This document shows positions 1 to 10,757 of a stretch of DNA of 64,000 nt, piece by piece; position 1 is the first letter of the stretch, and every line of letters starts with the position of its first letter. Below the pieces are notes generated by a model. That model saw only the letters and a program-made list of their open reading frames with translations, was not told where the DNA came from and did no database searches. Origin of the DNA: Auanema rhodensis (lineage: Eukaryota; Animalia; Nematoda); NCBI GenBank assembly GCA_964057225.1, contig OZ059900.1, positions 22,816,001-22,880,000 on the forward strand, written 5' to 3'. Made by a program: the position numbers and the translations under genes.

Positions 1-341
1 TGTTCATATGAGTCGTCAAATGCAACGAATTTCAGCGTGTTACATACTAAAATGAAGCATTTTACATGCTGAACATTAGAAAAATACAAAAACACAGTTT
101 TTCCCATGAGAAATATTTTATTATGCTGGAAAACCAGTTTTTGGAAATTTCGCTGTAAACAAGGTTTTGACTTACGATTTCATGTGTTCAAACTCATGCA
201 ATGTCAATGAAACCTAGCTCAAAATTGTTCCTACAACGTCTAGTTCCACTTTCACGACAAAAAACAGGGGTTAGAAAATTAAGGAAATTAGCATATTCTG
301 AGGGCACGCCCCTTATGGCTAATATTGATTAAATCGATTTT
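1..341. repeat. Representative monomer (341-bp form, arbitrary phase)
   Basis: Runs from tgttcatatg to aaatcgatttt, and the next copy starts at 342. Hand count gives 115 G+C in 341 bp, many A/T tracts and one GC-rich patch (gagggcacgcccc, 300-312). Confidence 0.97.
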
Positions 342-438
342 TGTTCATATGAGTCGTCAAATGCAACGAATTTCAGCGTGTTACATACTTAAATGAAGCA
401 TTTTACATGCTGAACACTAGAAAAATACAAAAACACAG

Positions 439-456
439 TATTTCTCATGAGAAATA
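439..456. other. Perfect 18-bp palindrome TATTTCTCATGAGAAATA (in a subset of monomers; first occurrence given)
   Basis: The sequence equals its own reverse complement. Other monomers carry tatttcccatgagaaata or tttttcccatgagaaata. Confidence 0.95.
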
Positions 457-2520
457 TTTTATTATGCTGGAAAACCAGTTTTTGGAAATTTCGCTGTAAA
501 CAAGGTTTTCACTTACGATTTCATGTGTTCAAACTCATGCAATGTCAATGAAACCTAGCTCAAAATTTTTTGTACAACGTCTAGTTCCACTTTCACGACA
601 AAAAAACAGGGGTTAGAAAATTAAGGAAATTAGCATATTCTGAGGGCACGCCCCTTATGGCTAATATTGATTAAATCGATTTTTGTTCATATGAGTAGTC
701 AAATGCAACGAATTTCAGCGTGTTACATACTAAAATGAAGCATTTCACATGCTGAACACTAGAAAAATACAAAAACACAGTATTTCCCATGAGAAATATT
801 TTATTATGCTGGAAAACCAGTTTTTGGAAATTTCGCTGTAAACAAGGTTTTGACTTACGATTTCATGTGTTCAAACTCATGCAATGTCAATGAAACCTAG
901 CTCAAAATTGTTTGTACAACGTCTAGTTCCACTTTCACGACAAAAAAACAGGGGTTAGAAAATTAAGGAAATTAGCATATTCTGAGGGCACGCCCCTTAT
1001 GGCTAATATTGATTTAAACGATTTTTGTTCATATGAGTCGTCAAATGCAACGAATTTCAGCGTGTTACATACTAAAATGAAGCATTTTACATGCTGAACA
1101 CTAGAAAAATACAAAAACACAGTATTTCTCATGAGAAATATTTTATTATGCTGGAAAACCAGTTTTTGGAATTTTCGCTGTAAACAAGGTTTGACTTACG
1201 ATTTCATGTGTTCAAACTCATGCAATGTCAATGAAACCTAGCTCAAAATTGTTCGTACAACGTCTAGTTCCACTTTCACGACAAAAAAACAGGGGTTAGA
1301 AAATTTAGGAAATTAGCATATTCTGAGGGCACGCCCCTTATGGCTAATATTGATTAAATCGATTTTTGTTCATATGAGTCGTCAAATGCAACGAATTTCA
1401 GCGTGTTACATACTAAAATGAAGTATTTTACATGCTGAACACTAGAAAAATACAAAAACACAGTATTTCCCATGAGAAATATTTTATTATGCTGGAAAAC
1501 CAGTTTTTGGAAATTTCGCTGTGAACAAGGTTTTGACTTACGATTTCATGTGTTCAAACTCATGCAATGTCAATGAAACCTAGCTCAAAATTGTTCCTAC
1601 AACGTCTAGTTCCACTTTCACGACAAAAAACAGGGGTTAGAAAATTAAGGAAATTAGCATATTCTGAGGGCACGCCCCTTATGGCTAATATTGATTAAAT
1701 CGATTTTTGTTCATATGAGTCGTCAAATGCAACGAATTTCAGCGTGTTACATACTAAAATGAAGCATTTTACATGCGGAACACTAGAAAAATACAAAAAC
1801 ACAGTATTTCCCATGAGAAATATTTTATTATGCTGGAAAACCAGTTTTTGGAAATTTCGCTGTAAACAAGGTTTTGACTTACGATTTCATGTGTTCAAAC
1901 TCATGCAATGTCAATGAAACCTAGCTCAAAATTGTTTGTACAACGTCTAGTTCCACTTTCACGACAAAAAAACAGGGGTTAGAAAATTAAGGAAATTAGC
2001 ATATTCTGATGGCACGCCCCTTATGGCTAATATTGATTAAATCGATTTTTGTTCATATGAGTCGTCAAATGCAACGAATTTCAGCGTGTTACATACTGAA
2101 ATGAAGCATTTTACATGCTGAACACTAGAAAAATACAAAAACACAGTATTTCTCATGAGAAATATTTTATTATGCTGGAAAACCAGTTTTTGGAAATTTC
2201 GCTGTAAACAAGGTTTTGACTTACGATTTCATGTGTTCAAACTCATGCAATGTCAATGAAACCTAGCTCAAAATTGTTTGTACAACGTTTAGTTCCACTT
2301 TCACGACAAAAAAACAGGGGTTAGAAAATTAAGGAAATTAGCATATTCTGAGGGCACGCCCCTTATGGCTAATATTGATTAAATCGATTTTTGTTCATAT
2401 GAGTAGTCAAATGCAACGAATTTCAGCGTGTTACATACTAAAATGAAGCATTTTACATGCTGAACACTAGAAAAATACAAAAACACAGTATTTCTCATGA
2501 GAAATATTTTATTATGCTGG

Positions 2521-2646
2521 AAAACCAGTTTTTGGAATTTTCGCTGTAAACGAGGTTTTGACTTACGATTTCATGTGTTCAAAAAAACCAGTTTTTGGAA
2601 TTTTCGCTGTAAACGAGGTTTTGACTTACGATTTCATGTGTTCAAA
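2521..2646. repeat. 63-bp internal tandem duplication (405-bp monomer), copy 1
   Basis: aaaaccagtttttggaattttcgctgtaaacgaggttttgacttacgatttcatgtgttcaaa occurs at 2521-2583 and again, identical, at 2584-2646. Confidence 0.97.
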
Positions 2647-5600
2647 CTCATGCAATGTCAATGAAACCTAGCTCAAAATTGTTTGTACAACGTCTAGTTC
2701 CACTTTCACGACAAAAAAACAGGGGTTAGAAAATTAAGGAAATTAGCATATTCTGAGGGCACGCCCCTTATGGCTAATATTGATTAAATCGATTTTTGTT
2801 CATATGAGTAGTCAAATGCAACGAATTTCAGCGTGTTACATACTAAAATGAAGCATTTCACATGCTGAACACTAGAAAAATACAAAAACACAGTATTTCC
2901 CATGAGAAATATTTTATTATGCTGGAAAACCAGTTTTTGGAAATTTCGCTGTAAACAAGGTTTTGACTTACGATTTCATGTGTTCAAACTCATGCAATGT
3001 CAATGAAACCTAGCTCAAAATTGTTTGTACAACGTCTAGTTCCACTTTCACGACAAAAAAACAGGGGTTAGAAAATTAAGGAAATTAGCATATTCTGAGG
3101 GCACGCCCCTTATGGCTAATATTGATTTAAACGATTTTTGTTCATATGAGTCGTCAAATGCAACGAATTTCAGCGTGTTACATACTAAAATGAAGCATTT
3201 TACATGCTGAACACTAGAAAAATACAAAAACACAGTATTTCTCATGAGAAATATTTTATTATGCTGGAAAACCAGTTTTTGGAATTTTCGCTGTAAACGA
3301 GGTTTTGACTTACGATTTCATGTGTTCAAACTCATGCAATGTCAATGAAACCTAGCTCAAAATTGTTTGTACAACGTCTAGTTCCACTTTCACGACAAAA
3401 AAACAGGGGTTAGAAAATTAAGGAAATTAGCATATTCTGAGGGCACGCCCCTTATGGCTAATATTGATTAAATCGATTTTTGTTCATATGAGTAGTCAAA
3501 TGCAACGAATTTCAGCGTGTTACATACTAAAATGAAGCATTTCACATGCTGAACACTAAAAAAATACAAAAACACAGTATTTCCCATGAGAAATATTTTA
3601 TTATGCTGGAAAACCAGTTTTTGGAAATTTCGCTGTAAACAAGGTTTGACTTACGATTTCATGTGTTCAAACTCATGCAATGTCAATGAAACCTAGCTCA
3701 AAATTGTTCGTACAACGTCTAGTTCCACTTTCACGACAAAAAAACAGGGGTTAGAAAATTTAGGAAATTAGCATATTCTGAGGGCACGCCCCTTATGGCT
3801 AATATTGATTAAATCGATTTTTGTTCATATGAGTCGTCAAATGCAACGAATTTCAGCGTGTTACATACTAAAATGAAGCATTTTACATGCTGAACATTAG
3901 AAAAATACAAAAACACAGTTTTTCCCATGAGAAATATTTTATTATGCTGGAAAACCAGTTTTTGGAAATTTCGCTGTAAACAAGGTTTGACTTACGATTT
4001 CATGTGTTCAAACTCATGCAATGTCAATGAAACCTAGCTCAAAATTGTTCGTACAACGTCTAGTTCCACTTTCACGACAAAAAAACAGGGGTTAGAAAAT
4101 TTAGGAAATTAGCATATTCTGAGGGCACGCCCCTTATGGCTAATATTGATTAAATCGATTTTTGTTCATATGAGTCGTCAAATGCAACGAATTTCAGCGT
4201 GTTACATACTAAAATGAAGCATTTTACATGCGGAACACTAGAAAAATACAAAAACACAGTATTTCTCATGAGAAATATTTTATTATGCTGGAAAACCAGT
4301 TTTTGGAATTTTCGCTGTAAACAAGGTTTGACTTACGATTTCATGTGTTCAAACTCATGCAATGTCAATGAAACCTAGCTCAAAATTGTTCGTACAACGT
4401 CTAGTTCCACTTTCACGACAAAAAAACAGGGGTTTGAAAATTTAGGAAATTAGCATATTCTGAGGGCACGCCCCTTATGGCTAATATTGATTAAATCGAT
4501 TTTTGTTCATATGAGTCGTCAAATGCAACGAATTTCAGCGTGTTACATACTAAAAAGAAGTATTTTACATGCTGAACACTAGAAAAATACAAAAACACAG
4601 TATTTCCCATGAGAAATATTTTATTATGCTGGAAAACCAGTTTTTGGAAATTTCGCTGTAAACAAGGTTTTGACTTACGATTTCATGTGTTCAAACTCAT
4701 GCAATGTCAATGAAACCTAGCTCAAAATTGTTCCTACAACGTCTAGTTCCACTTTCACGACAAAAAACAGGGGTTAGAAAATTAAGGAAATTAGCATATT
4801 CTGAGGGCACGCCCCTTATGGCTAATATTGATTAAATCGATTTTTGTTCATATGAGTCGTCAAATGCAACGAATTTCAGCGTGTTACATACTAAAATGAA
4901 GCATTTTACATGCGGAACACTAGAAAAATACAAAAACACAGTATTTCCCATGAGAAATATTTTATTATGCTGGAAAACCAGTTTTTGGAAATTTCGCTGT
5001 AAACAAGGTTTTGACTTACGATTTCATGTGTTCAAACTCATGCAATGTCAATGAAACCTAGCTCAAAATTGTTTGTACAACGTCTAGTTCCATTTTCACG
5101 ACAAAAAAACAGGGGTTAGAAAATTAAGGAAATTAGCATATTCTGATGGCACGCCCCTTATGGCTAATATTGATTAAATCGATTTTTGTTCATATGAGTC
5201 GTCAAATGCAACGAATTTCAGCGTGTTACATACTGAAATGAAGCATTTTACATGCTGAACACTAGAAAAATACAAAAACACAGTATTTCTCATGAGAAAT
5301 ATTTTATTATGCTGGAAAACCAGTTTTTGGAAATTTCGCTGTAAACAAGGTTTTGACTTACGATTTCATGTGTTCAAACTCATGCAATGTCAATGAAACC
5401 TAGCTCAAAATTGTTTGTACAACGTTTAGTTCCACTTTCACGACAAAAAAACAGGGGTTAGAAAATTAAGGAAATTAGCATATTCTGAGGGCACGCCCCT
5501 TATGGCTAATATTGATTAAATCGATTTTTGTTCATATGAGTAGTCAAATGCAACGAATTTCAGCGTGTTACATACTAAAATGAAGCATTTTACATGCTGA

Positions 5601-5657
5601 ACACTAGAAAAATACAAAAACACAGTATTTCTCATGAGAAATATTTTATTATGCTGG

Positions 5658-5783
5658 AAAACCAGTTTTTGGAATTTTCGCTGTAAACGAGGTTTTGACT
5701 TACGATTTCATGTGTTCAAAAAAACCAGTTTTTGGAATTTTCGCTGTAAACGAGGTTTTGACTTACGATTTCATGTGTTCAAA
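5658..5783. repeat. 63-bp internal tandem duplication, copy 2
   Basis: Same junction gttcaaaaaaaccag, 3137 bp after copy 1. Confidence 0.96.
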
Positions 5784-8700
5784 CTCATGCAATGTCAATG
5801 AAACCTAGCTCAAAATTGTTTGTACAACGTCTAGTTCCACTTTCACGACAAAAAAACAGGGGTTAGAAAATTAAGGAAATTAGCATATTCTGAGGGCACG
5901 CCCCTTATGGCTAATATTGATTAAATTGATTTTTGTTCATATGAGTAGTCAAATGCAACGAATTTCAGCGTGTTACATACTAAAATGAAGCATTTCACAT
6001 GCTGAACACTAGAAAAATACAAAAACACAGTATTTCCCATGAGAAATATTTTATTATGCTGGAAAACCAGTTTTTGGAAATTTCGCTGTAAACAAGGTTT
6101 TGACTTACGATTTCATGTGTTCAAACTCATGCAATGTCAATGAAACCTAGCTCAAAATTGTTTGTACAACGTCTAGTTCCACTTTCACGACAAAAAAACA
6201 GGGGTTAGAAAATTAAGGAAATTAGCATATTCTGAGGGCACGCCCCTTATGGCTAATATTGATTTAAACGATTTTTGTTCATATGAGTCGTCAAATGCAA
6301 CGAATTTCAGCGTGTTACATACTAAAATGAAGCATTTTACATGCTGAACACTAGAAAAATACAAAAACACAGTATTTCTCATGAGAAATATTTTATTATG
6401 CTGGAAAACCAGTTTTTGGAATTTTCGCTGTAAACAAGGTTTGACTTACGATTTCATGTGTTCAAACTCATGCAATGTCAATGAAACCTAGCTCAAAATT
6501 GTTTGTACAACGTCTAGTTCCACTTTCACGACAAAAAAACAGGGGTTAGAAAATTTAGGAAATTAGCATATTCTGAGGGCACGCCCCTTATGGCTAATAT
6601 TGATTAAATCGATTTTTGTTCATATGAGTCGTCAAATGCAACGAATTTCAGCGTGTTACATACTAAAATGAAGCATTTTACATGCGGAACACTAGAAAAA
6701 TACAAAAACACAGTATTTCTCATGAGAAATATTTTATTATGCTGGAAAACCAGTTTTTGGAAATTTCGCTGTAAACAAGGTTTTGACTTACGATTTCATG
6801 TGTTCAAACTCATGCAATGTCAATGAAACCTAGCTCAAAATTGTTCCTACAACGTCTAGTTCCACTTTCACGACAAAAAAACAGGGGTTAGAAAATTAAG
6901 GAAATTAGCATATTCTGAGGGCACGCCCCTTATGGCTAATATTGATTAAATTGATTTTTGTTCATATGAGTAGTCAAATGCAACGAATTTCAGCGTGTTA
7001 CATACTAAAATGAAGCATTTCACATGCTGAACACTAGAAAAATACAAAAACACAGTATTTCCCATGAGAAATATTTTATTATGCTGGAAAACCAGTTTTT
7101 GGAAATTTCGCTGTAAACAAGGTTTTGACTTACGATTTCATGTGTTCAAACTCATGCAATGTCAATGAAACCTAGCTCAAAATTGTTTGTACAACGTCTA
7201 GTTCCACTTTCACGACAAAAAAACAGGGGTTAGAAAATTAAGGAAATTAGCATATTCTGAGGGCACGCCCCTTATGGCTAATATTGATTTAAACGATTTT
7301 TGTTCATATGAGTCGTCAAATGCAACGAATTTCAGCGTGTTACATACTAAAATGAAGCATTTTACATGTGGAACACTAGAAAAATACAAAAACACAGTAT
7401 TTCTCATGAGAAATATTTTATTATGCTGGAAAACCAGTTTTTGGAATTTTCGCTGTAAACAAGGTTTGACTTACGATTTCATGTGTTCAAACTCATGCAA
7501 TGTCAATGAAACCTAGCTCAAAATTGTTCGTACAACGTCTAGTTCCACTTTCACGACAAAAAAACAGGGGTTTGAAAATTTAGGAAATTAGCATATTCTG
7601 AGGGCACGCCCCTTATGGCTAATATTGATTAAATCGATTTTTGTTCATATGAGTCGTCAAATGCAACGAATTTCAGCGTGTTACATACTAAAAAGAAGTA
7701 TTTTACATGCTGAACACTAGAAAAATACAAAAACACAGTATTTCCCATGAGAAATATTTTATTATGCTGGAAAACCAGTTTTTGGAAATTTCGCTGTAAA
7801 CAAGGTTTTGACTTACGATTTCATGTGTTCAAACTCATGCAATGTCAATGAAACCTAGCTCAAAATTGTTCCTACAACGTCTAGTTCCACTTTCACGACA
7901 AAAAACAGGGGTTAGAAAATTAAGGAAATTAGCATATTCTGAGGGCACGCCCCTTATGGCTAATATTGATTAAATCGATTTTTGTTCATATGAGTCGTCA
8001 AATGCAACGAATTTCAGCGTGTTACATACTAAAATGAAGCATTTTACATGCGGAACACTAGAAAAATACAAAAACACAGTATTTCCCATGAGAAATATTT
8101 TATTATGCTGGAAAACCAGTTTTTGGAAATTTCGCTGTAAACAAGGTTTTGACTTACGATTTCATGTGTTCAAACTCATGCAATGTCAATGAAACCTAGC
8201 TCAAAATTGTTTGTACAACGTCTAGTTCCATTTTCACGACAAAAAAACAGGGGTTAGAAAATTAAGGAAATTAGCATATTCTGATGGCACGCCCCTTATG
8301 GCTAATATTGATTAAATCGATTTTTGTTCATATGAGTCGTCAAATGCAACGAATTTCAGCGTGTTACATACTGAAATGAAGCATTTTACATGCTGAACAC
8401 TAGAAAAATACAAAAACACAGTATTTCTCATGAGAAATATTTTATTATGCTGGAAAACCAGTTTTTGGAAATTTCGCTGTAAACAAGGTTTTGACTTACG
8501 ATTTCATGTGTTCAAACTCATGCAATGTCAATGAAACCTAGCTCAAAATTGTTTGTACAACGTTTAGTTCCACTTTCACGACAAAAAAACAGGGGTTAGA
8601 AAATTAAGGAAATTAGCATATTCTGAGGGCACGCCCCTTATGGCTAATATTGATTAAATCGATTTTTGTTCATATGAGTAGTCAAATGCAACGAATTTCA

Positions 8701-8795
8701 GCGTGTTACATACTAAAATGAAGCATTTTACATGCTGAACACTAGAAAAATACAAAAACACAGTATTTCTCATGAGAAATATTTTATTATGCTGG

Positions 8796-8921
8796 AAAAC
8801 CAGTTTTTGGAATTTTCGCTGTAAACGAGGTTTTGACTTACGATTTCATGTGTTCAAAAAAACCAGTTTTTGGAATTTTCGCTGTAAACGAGGTTTTGAC
8901 TTACGATTTCATGTGTTCAAA
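8796..8921. repeat. 63-bp internal tandem duplication, copy 3
   Basis: Same junction, 3138 bp after copy 2. Confidence 0.96.
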
Positions 8922-9542
8922 CTCATGCAATGTCAATGAAACCTAGCTCAAAATTGTTTGTACAACGTCTAGTTCCACTTTCACGACAAAAAAACAGGGG
9001 TTAGAAAATTAAGGAAATTAGCATATTCTGAGGGCACGCCCCTTATGGCTAATATTGATTAAATTGATTTTTGTTCATATGAGTAGTCAAATGCAACGAA
9101 TTTCAGCGTGTTACATACTAAAATGAAGCATTTCACATGCTGAACACTAGAAAAATACAAAAACACAGTATTTCCCATGAGAAATATTTTATTATGCTGG
9201 AAAACCAGTTTTTGGAAATTTCGCTGTAAACAAGGTTTTGACTTACGATTTCATGTGTTCAAACTCATGCAATGTCAATGAAACCTAGCTCAAAATTGTT
9301 TGTACAACGTCTAGTTCCACTTTCACGACAAAAAAACAGGGGTTAGAAAATTAAGGAAATTAGCATATTCTGAGGGCACGCCCCTTATGGCTAATATTGA
9401 TTTAAACGATTTTTGTTCATATGAGTCGTCAAATGCAACGAATTTCAGCGTGTTACATACTAAAATGAAGCATTTTACATGCTGAACACTAGAAAAATAC
9501 AAAAACACAGTATTTCTCATGAGAAATATTTTATTATGCTGG

Positions 9543-9668
9543 AAAACCAGTTTTTGGAATTTTCGCTGTAAACGAGGTTTTGACTTACGATTTCATGTGT
9601 TCAAAAAAACCAGTTTTTGGAATTTTCGCTGTAAACGAGGTTTTGACTTACGATTTCATGTGTTCAAA
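9543..9668. repeat. 63-bp internal tandem duplication, copy 4
   Basis: Same junction, 747 bp (405+342) after copy 3. Confidence 0.96.
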
Positions 9669-10631
9669 CTCATGCAATGTCAATGAAACCTAGCTCAAAA
9701 TTGTTTGTACAACGTCTAGTTCCACTTTCACGACAAAAAAACAGGGGTTAGAAAATTAAGGAAATTAGCATATTCTGAGGGCACGCCCCTTATGGCTAAT
9801 ATTGATTAAATCGATTTTTGTTCATATGAGTAGTCAAATGCAACGAATTTCAGCGTGTTACATACTAAAATGAAGCATTTCACATGCTGAACACTAAAAA
9901 AATACAAAAACACAGTATTTCCCAAGAGAAATATTTTATTATGCTGGAAAACCAGTTTTTGGAAATTTCGCTGTAAACAAGGTTTTGACTTACGATTTCA
10001 TGTGTTCAAACTCATGCAATGTCAATGAAACCTAGCTCAAAATTGTTTGTACAACGTCTAGTTCCACTTTCACGACAAAAAAACAGGGGTTAGAAAATTA
10101 AGGAAATTAGCATATTCTGATGGCACGCCCCTTATGGCTAATATTGATTAAATCGATTTTTGTTCATATGAGTCGTCAAATGCAACGAATTTCAGCGTGT
10201 TACATACTGAAATGAAGCATTTTACATGCTGAACACTAGAAAAATACAAAAACACAGTATTTCTCATGAGAAATATTTTATTATGCTGGAAAACCAGTTT
10301 TTGGAAATTTCGCTGTAAACAAGGTTTTGACTTACGATTTCATGTGTTCAAACTCATGCAATGTCAATGAAACCTAGCTCAAAATTGTTTGTACAACGTT
10401 TAGTTCCACTTTCACGACAAAAAAACAGGGGTTAGAAAATTAAGGAAATTAGCATATTCTGAGGGCACGCCCCTTATGGCTAATATTGATTAAATCGATT
10501 TTTGTTCATATGAGTAGTCAAATGCAACGAATTTCAGCGTGTTACATACTAAAATGAAGCATTTTACATGCTGAACACTAGAAAAATACAAAAACACAGT
10601 ATTTCTCATGAGAAATATTTTATTATGCTGG

Positions 10632-10757
10632 AAAACCAGTTTTTGGAATTTTCGCTGTAAACGAGGTTTTGACTTACGATTTCATGTGTTCAAAAAAACC
10701 AGTTTTTGGAATTTTCGCTGTAAACGAGGTTTTGACTTACGATTTCATGTGTTCAAA
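10632..10757. repeat. 63-bp internal tandem duplication, copy 5
   Basis: Same junction, 1089 bp (405+2x342) after copy 4. Confidence 0.96.

Larger units (their letters stand above)
1100..9550. repeat. Imperfect 9-monomer higher-order repeat (period 3137-3138 bp) with a conserved core of about 6 monomers
   Basis: The 63-bp duplications (2521/5658/8796), ORF-track entries (3048/6185/9323) and the gggtttgaaa variant (4435/7573) recur at 3137-3138 bp. Confidence 0.8.

Noticed and set aside
14-30. CENP-B-box-like motif on the minus strand (attcgttgcatttgacg)
   Set aside because: It matches the TTCG....A half but not the CGGG half of NTTCGNNNNANNCGGGN (6 of 9 essential positions), so it is not a supportable functional box.
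265-292. Telomere-like words (ggggttag; tttagg in some monomers)
   Set aside because: Isolated single words, never tandemly repeated.
1-341. Monomer as a diverged dimer of 171-bp alpha-satellite-like units
   Set aside because: The two 171-bp halves do not align by eye, internal similarities fall at other offsets, and I see no resemblance to primate alpha satellite.
7274-7516. 80-aa plus-strand ORF
   Set aside because: Chance result of a chimeric monomer combining two stop-removing variants and the T3 indel; single occurrence with no protein features.
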